DNA of 64,000 nt from Patescibacteria group bacterium (GTDB lineage Bacteria; Patescibacteriota; Patescibacteriia; 2-01-FULL-39-33), in assembly GCA_041650895.1 (NCBI GenBank), contig JBAZKF010000001.1, forward strand, positions 273,685 through 337,684. The letters are read 5' to 3'. The translations under genes and the position numbers were made by a program. Below the pieces are notes generated by a model. The model worked only from the letters and a program-made list of their open reading frames with translations, was not told the DNA's origin and did not search any database. Positions 39,320-52,473 of this stretch are shown in pieces. Position 1 is the first letter of the stretch, and each line of letters begins with the position of its first letter.

Positions 39320-41290
39320 CTAAAACTTTATAAAAAAATCACGATCAGTCAATAAATCAGTGTCCCAAAGCAAACTTTGTCCCAGCACCTTTTGAGGCAT
39401 GATTTTTGAATAATAGGCGGTAATGCGCTGGTCAAATTTTAGATCAATTTTGAGTTTATGTCCAGGCGTGCCCGGTTGCTTCTGAACACTTAATTTGTAC
39501 AGGCCATCCTGAGCTAATTGCTTAACTTCCGGAGGCAGACGATATTCCAAAACCAAAGTCTTAGCGGTGCCCTGATCCACAGTCAAAAAAATACCGGCGT
39601 AACGCTTGCCCAATTCATTTTTAATCTCTACCTCTTTATCCAAAGATAAATCCTGTACGCCTTTACTGTCTTTAAAATATGCCCTGGTAAACCAACTGCC
39701 TTCCGGCACATACACCCTGGTGTAACTGCGATAGTTAGTGATCAATGCCGGCACCGATCGGCCGGTATGCTGATAATTAATTTCCACTTTGGCCAGTAAA
39801 TCGTCATTGGCACCGGGATTGACGCTGTAAGCTATTGTCCGCTTCATTACCTGGTCGGTTTTTAACGCCGCCAAGTTGGCATCAACGATATATAAATAAT
39901 CCCCCTCGCCTTGTTTCATTTCTCCCGACCAATTCTCTTGCGCCAGATAACCCTGCAACTGCGAATCGGTCATGTAAGCCAAAACCTGTTTCTCGTCAAT
40001 GTTCTTTTTCATAGCCAGCCACACCTGAAATAATTCTGTGGCATTGGCCTTGGTTACACGGGCAACAATATCTTTAGTCAAATCACCGATGATGTCTTTG
40101 CGGTTAGCTAAGTCAATGCCTTGGGACACATAAGCGAATTCAACTTGCTGTTCCAATTGATAAGTGAAATTATCGCTAGTAAAAGTGATGCCATCGGCGG
40201 TAATCGGTCCGGTAACCGCTAAAAAATTAGCAATGAACTCCGGCGTAATAGCGATAATACCGTCAAGTTTAGCCGGGACTAAACCGGCGTTGGCTCGCTC
40301 CACGTTCCAGAACCACTCAATTTGTCGCGCCGAAGTCGGCCAATCCGGAGACCAGTTGGCGTCACGCAAAAATAAATACTTCTGGGCGTTATAAGTGGTC
40401 ATAGGCCAAGGCGCCGGCACTTGCAACTTATCCTTGGACCACTTATCAAGATTGTAAATGTCATCCGTATGTATGGCAATAATATCGCCGTCTTTAATGG
40501 TTACTAAGCCGTAACTGCCGATAAATCCTCCGGTCGGCCTAAGCTCGGTGTTATTTTCAAACAGAATCAAATAATTCTTTTCTTGGTTGTAGCCGGCTAA
40601 TTCCGGCAGATATTTAAATAATGGCAGGGCCACTTCGCTTTGCTCCACCACTTCAGACAGCAGACGGTTAGCGGCAATTACTTTACTCTGGAAAATACCG
40701 GACAAATCATCGGAGCTAACCGAATTCAAGCTAGCTTTAGCTAAAGCGATTTTATTTTTGGCTTCTTCTAATTTATTTCTATTCTTAACAATGGAGGCCA
40801 ATAATTGACGCTTGGATTCGTTAGCGGAAAAATCAAACACCACTTTTTGTTCCTGAGTCTGCGAAGACAGATCAGAAAAAACCGACAACATCTCCTGATA
40901 ACCGGCCAACAAATCACCGGTTGCCAATATCATCTTATCGCCAGTTCGCGCAGTTTTGGCTACTGCCGGCAACCATAAAATCGGCCCCAATTGCTTGGTT
41001 TTTACCTGTACTACAGCCAGGTCTTCGCGAATCGCCGTCAGTTGGCTGTCAATAACAATAAAATCACCCCGAGCCGCTGCTGCCATAATCGGTTCAACCC
41101 GGTTATTTATCGCCACCAGCCGCACATAGATCTGACTGCCATTTACAGCCAAGGGAATAATGACGGCGGCAACAATTATAAGCAATAATAAAATTGGCGC
41201 CAGAAATCTCCACCACCTCCTCTTTGGCTTTTTACTAAAAGGGCTTGTCTGGAGCAATTGCTCCAATTTGTTTTTCTTCTTAAAGAACAT
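39320..41290 (-). CDS. Large membrane-anchored extracytoplasmic protein (DUF4012-like), envelope-polysaccharide associated
   Basis: Basic N-terminus plus single TM (WWRFLAPILLLLIIVAAVIIPLAV), a 600-aa periplasmic part; sits within the GT cluster. Confidence 0.45.
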   Translation of the reverse strand: MFFKKKNKLEQLLQTSPFSKKPKRRWWRFLAPILLLLIIVAAVIIPLAVNGSQIYVRLVAINNRVEPIMAAAARGDFIVIDSQLTAIREDLAVVQVKTKQLGPILWLPAVAKTARTGDKMILATGDLLAGYQEMLSVFSDLSSQTQEQKVVFDFSANESKRQLLASIVKNRNKLEEAKNKIALAKASLNSVSSDDLSGIFQSKVIAANRLLSEVVEQSEVALPLFKYLPELAGYNQEKNYLILFENNTELRPTGGFIGSYGLVTIKDGDIIAIHTDDIYNLDKWSKDKLQVPAPWPMTTYNAQKYLFLRDANWSPDWPTSARQIEWFWNVERANAGLVPAKLDGIIAITPEFIANFLAVTGPITADGITFTSDNFTYQLEQQVEFAYVSQGIDLANRKDIIGDLTKDIVARVTKANATELFQVWLAMKKNIDEKQVLAYMTDSQLQGYLAQENWSGEMKQGEGDYLYIVDANLAALKTDQVMKRTIAYSVNPGANDDLLAKVEINYQHTGRSVPALITNYRSYTRVYVPEGSWFTRAYFKDSKGVQDLSLDKEVEIKNELGKRYAGIFLTVDQGTAKTLVLEYRLPPEVKQLAQDGLYKLSVQKQPGTPGHKLKIDLKFDQRITAYYSKIMPQKVLGQSLLWDTDLLTDRDFFIKF

Positions 41291-41324
41291 ATTATAAAAA
41301 TCTAAAATATAAGATTAAAAACCC

Positions 41325-42131
41325 TTAATCATGGCGATAGTATTTCAACAAATACTTGATCCAATCGCCGATATGAATCCAGAAAATTTTGGAAAAAATT
41401 CCGCTCTCGGCTGATTCCCTCTTATGGTAATGGATTATATCGGCGCCGACAAAATAATACACCGGCAATCCCGCCTGCCAAAATTTTCTGCACCAAGCCA
41501 CATCGCCAAAATACAAGAATAATCCTTCGTCCATGCCGCCGACTTTCTCAATCGCGCTACGGCGTACTATTTCACAGGCGCCTAAAATCCAATCTACCGG
41601 CCGCGTTTCATTATGACTAAAATCTTCCATTAAATAGCGACGTAATTCCTCTTGCGCGAATTTAAACTGATTAAGCACCGTTCGGCGATAAAACGGCGTC
41701 AATAAATGCGGAAAACGCAAGCAAGACATTTGAACAGAACCGTCGGGATTCTTCAATCGCGGACCAGCCAAAGCGATTTCCGGCTGACTTTCCATAAACC
41801 TATACAGCCCGTCAATAGCACCTGCTGACACGGCAATATCAGTATTCAAAATCAAAACATATTTGCCGGTAGAGCTCTTAATACCCAAGTTATTGCCCTT
41901 ATGATGACCAAGATTCTTATTGGAAGTGATTAACCTGATTTGAGGAAAATTATCCCGGACCAACTCCACTGAACCGTCTTGGCTGTTATTATCAACCACT
42001 ACAACCTCAAACTCCACGCTGGGCGGATTGGCGTATATCCCCTTCAAACACTGCTTAAGCAACCCGCGGGTTTTATAATTATTAATAATTATTGATATCT
42101 CCATAATTACTTCTTCAGTTAATTTATCCAC
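41325..42131 (-). CDS. Glycosyltransferase family 2
   Basis: 'ISIIINNYKTRGLLKQCLKGI...VVVVDNNSQDGS' GT-A signature, DxD region. Confidence 0.85.
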   Translation of the reverse strand: MDKLTEEVIMEISIIINNYKTRGLLKQCLKGIYANPPSVEFEVVVVDNNSQDGSVELVRDNFPQIRLITSNKNLGHHKGNNLGIKSSTGKYVLILNTDIAVSAGAIDGLYRFMESQPEIALAGPRLKNPDGSVQMSCLRFPHLLTPFYRRTVLNQFKFAQEELRRYLMEDFSHNETRPVDWILGACEIVRRSAIEKVGGMDEGLFLYFGDVAWCRKFWQAGLPVYYFVGADIIHYHKRESAESGIFSKIFWIHIGDWIKYLLKYYRHD

Positions 42132-43156
42132 TTTCTAATATCTTTAGCTGACAGTTTGGCATGCCGGAAAACCTGGCGACGTTTGGATAACGTTTGAGGC
42201 AGCATTTTAATCACTTCGATAATCGCTCTTAAATTTTTAATTTCAAAAATTAACAAATAACATAACTTCTTAAGTTCGTACCAAAGAATAAACGGCGAAT
42301 AAATAATCAAATTAGAAAAAAATTCATTATCCGACAGCACTAAAAAGTGATTGCGATAGGAATAATAACGAGCCAGATCATTTTGCTGGCGGCGATTGGC
42401 GATTACCTCGCCAAAACGGTTCTTCTGCGCCGCCGGGAATGTCCGTAGATGATAGGCCACTGCCTCAGGAATGAATATTGATCTAAAGCCCTGTAAACGC
42501 AAACGCCAAGCCAAATCCACATCTTCCTTATAAAAGAAAAAATTACTATCCAAAAAATCACCGGTATAATGATACTTATCCTGAATAACGGCTTGCTCCA
42601 GCGATTCTTTACGCAATAATACCAAAGCCCCAGAATGGCCGAATACTTCTTGTGCCTGACTATATTCCCTGGCCGATTCACCCGCCCCTAATTCTACAAA
42701 ACGATGATTTTTGAGGAATTTTAAACCGCAGGAGTCAATTATCTCGGTTTTTTCCATTTCGCCTATCTCCGCATCAACTAATTTCAATTTAAGTAGTTTA
42801 CCGCCAAAACTGGCACAGTCATGATTTTGTTCTAATTCCGCTATTGCCATGATCTTTTCTAGCCAATCAGATTCCAGAATTATATCCGGGTTGCATAACA
42901 AAAAAAACGGCGACTTAATCAGTCTAATGCCTTGATTATTTGCCTTGGCAAAACCGGAATTTTTATTATTGACGAACATTCCGGCTTGCGGGTAGTTAGA
43001 GCGGACAAAATCAACCGTACCGTCATGGCTGTCATTATCAATCACTAAAACTTGAAAATCACGGTAAGTTTGGGCGTAAATAGAATCCAGACAAGACGCC
43101 ATAAAACGTTGACTGTTTCGGGTAACGATAATTATAGTAACTTTAGGACTGGTCAT
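42119..43156 (-). CDS. Glycosyltransferase family 2
   Basis: 'VTIIIVTRNSQRFMASCLDSIYAQTY..VLVIDNDSHDGT'. Confidence 0.85.
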   Translation of the reverse strand: MTSPKVTIIIVTRNSQRFMASCLDSIYAQTYRDFQVLVIDNDSHDGTVDFVRSNYPQAGMFVNNKNSGFAKANNQGIRLIKSPFFLLCNPDIILESDWLEKIMAIAELEQNHDCASFGGKLLKLKLVDAEIGEMEKTEIIDSCGLKFLKNHRFVELGAGESAREYSQAQEVFGHSGALVLLRKESLEQAVIQDKYHYTGDFLDSNFFFYKEDVDLAWRLRLQGFRSIFIPEAVAYHLRTFPAAQKNRFGEVIANRRQQNDLARYYSYRNHFLVLSDNEFFSNLIIYSPFILWYELKKLCYLLIFEIKNLRAIIEVIKMLPQTLSKRRQVFRHAKLSAKDIRKWIN

Positions 43157-43157
43157 G

Positions 43158-44654
43158 CTATTTGGTTATTTTTTTTTCCGTCACCCAAAAACCCAGGCGA
43201 TATTTGCCGCCAAGTAAAAGGCGAGTCTGCGACTCTATGGCTGGAATAGAACCGAAAATAATCATAGTAACGGGAAACAACACCCATTGTAAAACCATTA
43301 CCAACCAATTAAAAACCGACATGTGCTTAGGCCGTTCCGGCAGAATAAAAGTATACATAACCGCATTTAAAATCAAACCAACCATACCGATAGTCATTAA
43401 ATTCTCTAAGGTGACCGGCGCATTCTGAACAAAGGCCGTGGCCTTATCCGTACCGGAAACCATAGCCAAAGGCAATCGACCGACAATTAAGATTAATATC
43501 GGCGCCGTCGCCCAGGAATACATACCTTCGACTTGTACCCAAAAATATCTCAAACGCACACGCAAAGGAATATTAGTATTTTTGTGAACGCCAAAAAAAT
43601 GATCCCACATCCAGGGAAAATGCTCTACGCCCCAGGCCCAGCGCCGCATTTGTTTATATTGATTGCCTAACGATTGCCAAAATTTGCCAATATAAACCGT
43701 ATCCATGGATACGGTGATAAACATAGGCACTACTTCATAGTCGCCATTATAACGATCAATGGCTTGCAGGCAGATGCGTGAATCCTCCGAAACAATTGTT
43801 TTTTCATGACCGCCGACATCAACAATCATTTTAAAACTCATAGAGTGACTAGAAAAAGTCAACAGGCGCTCCGGTCGCGACATATCAGTCAATAGCCAGA
43901 AAGTCGTGGCCGACGCCACTACACGAATAATCGGGTTAGATTCCCAAATATTATTATTATAAAGCACTAAAGGCTGATAACTGGCATGGGTCGGGTTGGG
44001 ATGAATCAAATACTGATAAGTCAGATAAGCAAAGTACTGAGGATGGGGCAAGGTTTCGATATCAAAACAAGAAACAATGACATTTTCGTAAGGAATTTTT
44101 TCTTCATCAATATACTCTTTGAGGCGCTCTTCTTGATAATGGACATTACTGCCCTTGCCCGGCAATTCATCTGGTCGGCGAGGGTGTACTGTAATCATTA
44201 ATTTCCTGAATTTATCCGCATATTTAGCTTCTATTTTAGCGGCTATACCCAAAAAATTCTCTTTATCTCCCTCTTCTCCGCCCAAAACAATGATCATCTT
44301 TTCTTTGGGATAGTCACACTTAAGCAATGTCTCAAAGGTTCTTTCAATAACTCCGTACGGTTCCTTATAGGTCGGTAAAGTGACGATATGCCAATAGTCA
44401 AGGTAATTTTTGGGCAATTTTTTAACTCGCTCCAACCAGTCCTTCTTGATATTTTTCCGGAATTTAATCCAAGAAGAAATCAGCCACCATAACATATAAA
44501 ATAAACGAACAATCCAATAAACGGAGAAAATCAAAATAAAATAAACCGCCCAAAGCGGCTTAATTAACGATAATGTTATAGCAGCAACAAAAGTCAACCA
44601 GACGATGGCAGCAGGAAAAATTTCCGATAAACGCTGTTTAGCGGCTTCTTTCAT
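43158..44654 (-). CDS. Membrane-embedded processive family-2 glycosyltransferase (cellulose/chitin/PNAG-synthase-like)
   Basis: N-terminal and C-terminal TM helices flanking a GT-A domain, with a 'QMRRW' (QxxRW) motif. Confidence 0.7.
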   Translation of the reverse strand: MKEAAKQRLSEIFPAAIVWLTFVAAITLSLIKPLWAVYFILIFSVYWIVRLFYMLWWLISSWIKFRKNIKKDWLERVKKLPKNYLDYWHIVTLPTYKEPYGVIERTFETLLKCDYPKEKMIIVLGGEEGDKENFLGIAAKIEAKYADKFRKLMITVHPRRPDELPGKGSNVHYQEERLKEYIDEEKIPYENVIVSCFDIETLPHPQYFAYLTYQYLIHPNPTHASYQPLVLYNNNIWESNPIIRVVASATTFWLLTDMSRPERLLTFSSHSMSFKMIVDVGGHEKTIVSEDSRICLQAIDRYNGDYEVVPMFITVSMDTVYIGKFWQSLGNQYKQMRRWAWGVEHFPWMWDHFFGVHKNTNIPLRVRLRYFWVQVEGMYSWATAPILILIVGRLPLAMVSGTDKATAFVQNAPVTLENLMTIGMVGLILNAVMYTFILPERPKHMSVFNWLVMVLQWVLFPVTMIIFGSIPAIESQTRLLLGGKYRLGFWVTEKKITK

Positions 44655-44820
44655 ATATTAAATCATAACATAAAACGACAAAAAAAATCAAGTATGCAAA
44701 AACGCCCATTAACAGGCGTCTGGTTTAACATTTAACTTTAAAAGGCGGGGTTATTCGCCTTGTTTTTATGAAATATCAAATGTCATGAGCGATACTTCAT
44801 TATAACGTCCTTTTATATAA

Positions 44821-47732
<2,912 letters not shown>

Positions 47733-47734
47733 AA

Positions 47735-48310
47735 TTAACGGTAAACCTTGGAAGAAATAGTGGTTTGCAATCGCAGCTCCTTGCGATAGCGATCCGGTAC
47801 GTTCTTATTATAAATCGTCATAAGTAAAGTGATTTTCGGTTGATAAATATAATCATCGGTCGTAACATTGGCATAGGGATCATAAATCGGGCTAACAATG
47901 AACTGCAAATTACTTACGCCGACGTCAGAGGCATTTAAGGAAGCAAAAACAGTGCTGTCAGGGCTAATGGTGGTAATGAAGATCTTAGCCATAAAATCTT
48001 CCGGATCATAGGCTAATTGCCAAACCTCTCCGGCTTCATCCTTTTTGAATATCAATCTATCAACCTTACCATCAATAGGCGGCAAAGTTCTTTCATAATC
48101 CAACTCCCGACCGCGGACTTCCCGACCTATCTTTTCAATCATATACCGGCCGTCATTTTGCAATTTCTCCATGTTAGCGGTTTGCTGTTGAAGATTATTG
48201 ACATTAATAAAGATTCCACCAACCAAAACTGAAGTGATAGCAAACAAACCGGCAGTAATTAACATCTCTACCAGGGTAAATCCTTGATTACGAATTAGCT
48301 TTGATTTCAT
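47735..48310 (-). CDS. Type IV prepilin-like minor pilin
   Basis: 'NQGFTLVEMLITAGLFAI' class III signal (G|FTLVE). Confidence 0.7.
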   Translation of the reverse strand: MKSKLIRNQGFTLVEMLITAGLFAITSVLVGGIFINVNNLQQQTANMEKLQNDGRYMIEKIGREVRGRELDYERTLPPIDGKVDRLIFKKDEAGEVWQLAYDPEDFMAKIFITTISPDSTVFASLNASDVGVSNLQFIVSPIYDPYANVTTDDYIYQPKITLLMTIYNKNVPDRYRKELRLQTTISSKVYR

Positions 48311-48313
48311 AGA

Positions 48314-48925
48314 TTAACGCCAATTAAACAATTGATCTTCTACGGTAAGCTGGCGCGGTTGGCCGGAATAAGTCCAGATAACGCGGGAATTGATATTAAT
48401 ACCAATTTTAAGGGTATTATTAGGGCAACCGCCATCATCTGCTGGGGAGGAATAAGTCGTATCATCGCATTTTAAATCCTCAGGATTATTGTCGTTGCAA
48501 CAAATGGAAGTCAATGTGATAAGACGAGAAAAGAAAGAAGTATCATCCGATACTTGAGCTGAATAATAACCATCGGCATCATAAAACAGCTTACCGGACT
48601 GATTGGCTGTAACCTCAGACAAACCGCCCTTATAATCAACGGTATAAACGCCATCTCCCAGTCCCCTATCCCATAACCATAGATAAGTTTCATCAGGAAT
48701 ATTTCTAGCCATTCTCAACCAGTTACTATCACGAATGTTCTTAGTTATTTCCACTCCCTCACGCGCCAGATTAGCTGCCACGATACGCATTTCCGACTCT
48801 TTTACCGCATTAAAATTAACTAGAAATAAAAACCAAACGGAAAATAAACCGATAGTTATAACGGCGATGGAAACAATCAATTCAATCAGGCTTTGTCCTG
48901 ATTGGTTATCTCTTAATCTCATCAT
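48314..48925 (-). CDS. Pseudopilin-like protein (PilW/PilV-type)
   Basis: 'SGQSLIELIVSIAVITIGLF' prepilin-like N-terminus. Confidence 0.6.
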   Translation of the reverse strand: MMRLRDNQSGQSLIELIVSIAVITIGLFSVWFLFLVNFNAVKESEMRIVAANLAREGVEITKNIRDSNWLRMARNIPDETYLWLWDRGLGDGVYTVDYKGGLSEVTANQSGKLFYDADGYYSAQVSDDTSFFSRLITLTSICCNDNNPEDLKCDDTTYSSPADDGGCPNNTLKIGININSRVIWTYSGQPRQLTVEDQLFNWR

Positions 48926-48928
48926 AAA

Positions 48929-49441
48929 CTAAGGGCAATTGCCTTTAATTTCTTCAACTTTACCGGAGATACTATTAACTTGGACACAAAAAGCATTTGA
49001 GCTATTGCTGATTTCTATTTTAGCCTCGCTGGGATTGCCATCACCGGATAATGTCATACGCCCCCGAGGTACGGCAAAAGAAATTGACAATTGGTTACTA
49101 GCTTCATTTTTAATAGCAACTCTTACCCCCTCTAAATTCTTCTTGACTACTTGTTGATTCGGATCTCGGCCGCTGACTTCATAAAAACAATCAGCTTGGC
49201 AATTACTAATAGTGAAAACAAACTGTTGGGAATAAATATTACTCGGACCACTGCCGGCCAAAGAAAAATTACGCGCCTGGTCAATACCGACCAAAACCAA
49301 ATCCGCCTGCTCTTTCAGTAAGCGAATTTTCTCATCATTAGTAAAACTGACTACCATAAAAGAAGAAAGCATCGTAAAAATAGCGATGGCAATAAGTAAC
49401 TCAATTAAGGTGAAACCTTTCTGTAATTTATGTCGAGGCAT
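48929..49441 (-). CDS. Type IV prepilin-like minor pilin
   Basis: 'LQKGFTLIELLIAIAIFTML' class III signal peptide. Confidence 0.75.
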   Translation of the reverse strand: MPRHKLQKGFTLIELLIAIAIFTMLSSFMVVSFTNDEKIRLLKEQADLVLVGIDQARNFSLAGSGPSNIYSQQFVFTISNCQADCFYEVSGRDPNQQVVKKNLEGVRVAIKNEASNQLSISFAVPRGRMTLSGDGNPSEAKIEISNSSNAFCVQVNSISGKVEEIKGNCP

Positions 49442-49444
49442 ACA

Positions 49445-50188
49445 TTATAATAATAGACCGAGATACCAGTTGATTATTCTTTCGCCCCAAAATAGGGCGA
49501 CTAAAGTGCCCAAAGCCAGAAAAGTGCCGAAAGCGACGGGCGTTTTGGCTTTGGCTTTGCCTGAAATTAACAATACAACAGAGACTATAGCGCCAACAAT
49601 ATAAGCAACCAGCAGGGCGACTATTAGAAGCGGCCAGCCTAAAACCGCGCCCATTAAAGCACCCAAGCGCAGATCACCGCCGCCGATCCATCGGCCGGAA
49701 GAAACCAAGTATTGCAAACCAAAAAAACCAAAACCAACTAGAACAGCAAAAATTAAAAGCCACAAGTTACTGCCTAAAAGCAAACTAAAAATAAACAACA
49801 AAATAATAGCGGGAATAGTTACCTGATCAGGAATTAGTTGCCAACGCAAATCATAAACGAAAACGATAATCAGGATTGAAACCAATATTATGTCCCTAAG
49901 AAAAACTAACAACTGAGGATGGAGAATATAGGCTAAAACAAAAAGCAATCCGCCAGCTAATTCCACAATAGGGTATTGCCAGGAGATTGGTTGTCGGCAA
50001 TACCGGCAACGACCGCGCAACAAAATAAAACTTAACAGCGGCACTAAATCTTTTGGCTGTAATCCAGCTTGGCAGTGCGGGCACTTTGACCGGCCAAAAA
50101 CAATCGGTTCGCCGGAATGCAGACGCCAAACAACGACATTAAGGAAACTGCCGATGACTAACCCGATAATAAAAATAAATAAAATCAT
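49445..50188 (-). CDS. pilD: Prepilin peptidase (A24 family)
   Basis: N-terminal Zn 'CPHCQ...CRYCRQ', polytopic membrane, conserved Asp positions. Confidence 0.85.
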   Translation of the reverse strand: MILFIFIIGLVIGSFLNVVVWRLHSGEPIVFGRSKCPHCQAGLQPKDLVPLLSFILLRGRCRYCRQPISWQYPIVELAGGLLFVLAYILHPQLLVFLRDIILVSILIIVFVYDLRWQLIPDQVTIPAIILLFIFSLLLGSNLWLLIFAVLVGFGFFGLQYLVSSGRWIGGGDLRLGALMGAVLGWPLLIVALLVAYIVGAIVSVVLLISGKAKAKTPVAFGTFLALGTLVALFWGERIINWYLGLLL

Positions 50189-50568
50189 TTCACGCCGTTT
50201 TTAGTCCAAATATAACCGCCGGCCTTGAGACCGCCGATGCCACGTTCTAAATAAAAATTAATCTCATAATCGTTTTCACCCAAGGCGCCGACCAAATACT
50301 TATAATTGCCCCGGTTAACGGGATCAAGCGGAGTGGTTCGATTATTAAAGCACTGGCTGACAACCATGCCGGGATTACAATTGACAACTTGATAAGTATT
50401 ATACTTAGAAAAGTATTCGGCCATAATATCTTGCCAGACTTTTAAACCTTTAAGACGTTCAAAGTCCCGCGCTTGACCGCTATAAAACCAAACAGCCAAA
50501 CCGGTAAAAACCAGCCCCAAGATTAGCAACATGGAATAAACAATGATTTTATAAGATAATCGTCGCAT
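50185..50568 (-). CDS. Membrane-anchored hypothetical protein in the pilus gene cluster
   Basis: Single N-terminal TM; start overlaps the pilD stop. Confidence 0.45.
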   Translation of the reverse strand: MRRLSYKIIVYSMLLILGLVFTGLAVWFYSGQARDFERLKGLKVWQDIMAEYFSKYNTYQVVNCNPGMVVSQCFNNRTTPLDPVNRGNYKYLVGALGENDYEINFYLERGIGGLKAGGYIWTKNGVK

Positions 50569-50651
50569 AAGTTATATTTACCCTAATATTATACCATAAT
50601 TAAAGAGACAAAAAAACCCTCCCGTTGAATCGGGAGGGTTTAATTCAAATC

Positions 50652-51062
50652 TTAATTAGCATTACATTGTCCGGCTGCAGCAGGCACGGCTGAATTCAAT
50701 CCTCTAAAGCCATTAGTATCAGCGCAGAAATAGGAGTCGCTGGTACATAGTTGAGCATAATAAGCAACAACAGATGCCGTAGTGGAGGGCGAAGCGGTCC
50801 AACTGACCTTACCGGCGGCAGTGCAAGGATAAGTGCCCAATTTTGCGATAACAGAATCCCTATAAGTATCAGAGTCAACGCTTTCGCCGTTAGCTCTGGC
50901 AATTTCTGTCTGAGTAGAAGCAGTAGCAACATTAGATTGAACCTTAGCGTCATTAGCTTTGTTTCTAGCGTCCTGTAAATAAACAATAGCGACCGAGGAC
51001 AAGATGCCGATAATGGCAATAACCACTAATAATTCAATTAAAGTAAAACCTTTCTTATTCAT
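50652..51062 (-). CDS. pilA: Major type IV pilin
   Basis: 'MNKKGFTLIELLVVIAIIGILSSVAIVYL' canonical T4a pilin N-terminus, C-terminal Cys pair. Confidence 0.85.
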   Translation of the reverse strand: MNKKGFTLIELLVVIAIIGILSSVAIVYLQDARNKANDAKVQSNVATASTQTEIARANGESVDSDTYRDSVIAKLGTYPCTAAGKVSWTASPSTTASVVAYYAQLCTSDSYFCADTNGFRGLNSAVPAAAGQCNAN

Positions 51063-51092
51063 AGGTTTATATTTTATATTTAACGTTTTAAT

Positions 51093-51108
51093 TTCACTCG
51101 CGAGTGAA
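51093..51108. promoter_or_regulatory. Perfect 16-bp palindrome TTCACTCGCGAGTGAA about 30 bp upstream of the pilA start (candidate operator)
   Basis: Read directly; flanked by imperfect extension ttaattt/aaattaa. Confidence 0.35.
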
Positions 51109-51249
51109 TAAAATTAAACTGCTTCTAAGCTTTTTCCTCGACCTTTTCCCTTAATAAATGGGTTATCTAGCTTATCCACAGCTATTTTATAACATAATTA
51201 TAGCACAAAAAATGATAAAAAAACAGGAAATACACGCTATTAGTAAAAC

Positions 51250-52461
51250 CTAGAAGGCCGACGACAATTGCCACATCGGCAACATAACAGCAATAACGAA
51301 CAGAGCCACGGCGATTCCCAGGACAATCATAATGATCGGCTCAATCAAGTTAGACAAATTCCGAACTGAATTGTCTATCTCTTTAGAATAAAAATCTGAG
51401 GCTTTATCCAATACTTCTTCCAACTTTCCCGACTCCTCGCCGATACTGATCATATTAGCCACGATTTGGGGTAGATAAGGGCTAGCGGCCAAACTTTCAG
51501 AAATCTGATTACCTTCATTAACGCTCGCAATCGCATCATTAATCATTTCTTCAAACAATTTATTATCAACAACCTCCTTAACCACAGCCAATCCTTGGGC
51601 GATAGGAACGCCGCCTTTAATAAGCGTGGCGAAGCTTTGAGTAAAACGCACGATGTAAATATCTTTAAAAATAGCACCAAAAATTGGAATCTTAAGTTTT
51701 ACCCAATCCAAGAAACGTCTACCCTCCGGCGTCTGCCGGCCAACAAAAAATATGATCAATAAACCGATAGTTAAAAGTACCACCAACCACCAAAAATTCC
51801 TTAAAAAATTAGCCAGATTCATCATTAATCTGGTGATTAACGGAATTTGAGCGCCTGACTCCACCAACATTTTAGTAATACTGGGAATAACAAAAGCCAC
51901 GACAATAAAACCCACCACACCCAGGACCAAGACAATCATAGCTGGATAAATCATCGCACCTCTAACCTTGGATTCCAAATCATAATCTTTCTCTTTTTGG
52001 TCAGCCAAATAATTCATTACTTCAGACAATCGTCCCGAAGTTTCACCGGAACGCATGATGTTGGCATAAAATTTAGTAAAAACGTCTGGATAAATTTCCA
52101 AAGCTGAGGAAAAGCTTGACCCACCCTCCACTTCGTCTGCCACTTTGTCAATTACGTTACGTAAGTAGTCATTCTTGGTTTGTCGGACCAAAATACGCAA
52201 ACCCCGAACTAATGGAATGTTGGCTTCCACCATTACCGCCAACTGACGAAAGAATATGACTAAATCTTTACTACTAACTCGTTTAAAAAATAAAAATTTC
52301 TGCCAATACCAAACACTTAAAGTGGCTTGAGGACGAATATCAATAATGGCCAACTTTTTATCCAACAAAAAATTGGCTACGGCTTCGGCAGAAACCGCAT
52401 CCATGGCTGCTTCAACGATATTGCCTCGGCGATCCTTAGTCTTATACTTGTATATCGGCAT
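51250..52461 (-). CDS. pilC: Type IV pilus platform protein PilC (GspF family)
   Basis: Two GspF repeats, three TM segments, about 400 aa. Confidence 0.9.
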   Translation of the reverse strand: MPIYKYKTKDRRGNIVEAAMDAVSAEAVANFLLDKKLAIIDIRPQATLSVWYWQKFLFFKRVSSKDLVIFFRQLAVMVEANIPLVRGLRILVRQTKNDYLRNVIDKVADEVEGGSSFSSALEIYPDVFTKFYANIMRSGETSGRLSEVMNYLADQKEKDYDLESKVRGAMIYPAMIVLVLGVVGFIVVAFVIPSITKMLVESGAQIPLITRLMMNLANFLRNFWWLVVLLTIGLLIIFFVGRQTPEGRRFLDWVKLKIPIFGAIFKDIYIVRFTQSFATLIKGGVPIAQGLAVVKEVVDNKLFEEMINDAIASVNEGNQISESLAASPYLPQIVANMISIGEESGKLEEVLDKASDFYSKEIDNSVRNLSNLIEPIIMIVLGIAVALFVIAVMLPMWQLSSAF

Positions 52462-52473
52462 GATTGATAAAAA

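Noticed and set aside
50696-51019. 107-aa ORF overlapping pilA in another frame
   Set aside because: pilA has a canonical prepilin N-terminus; the alternative frame is a Leu-rich artefact.
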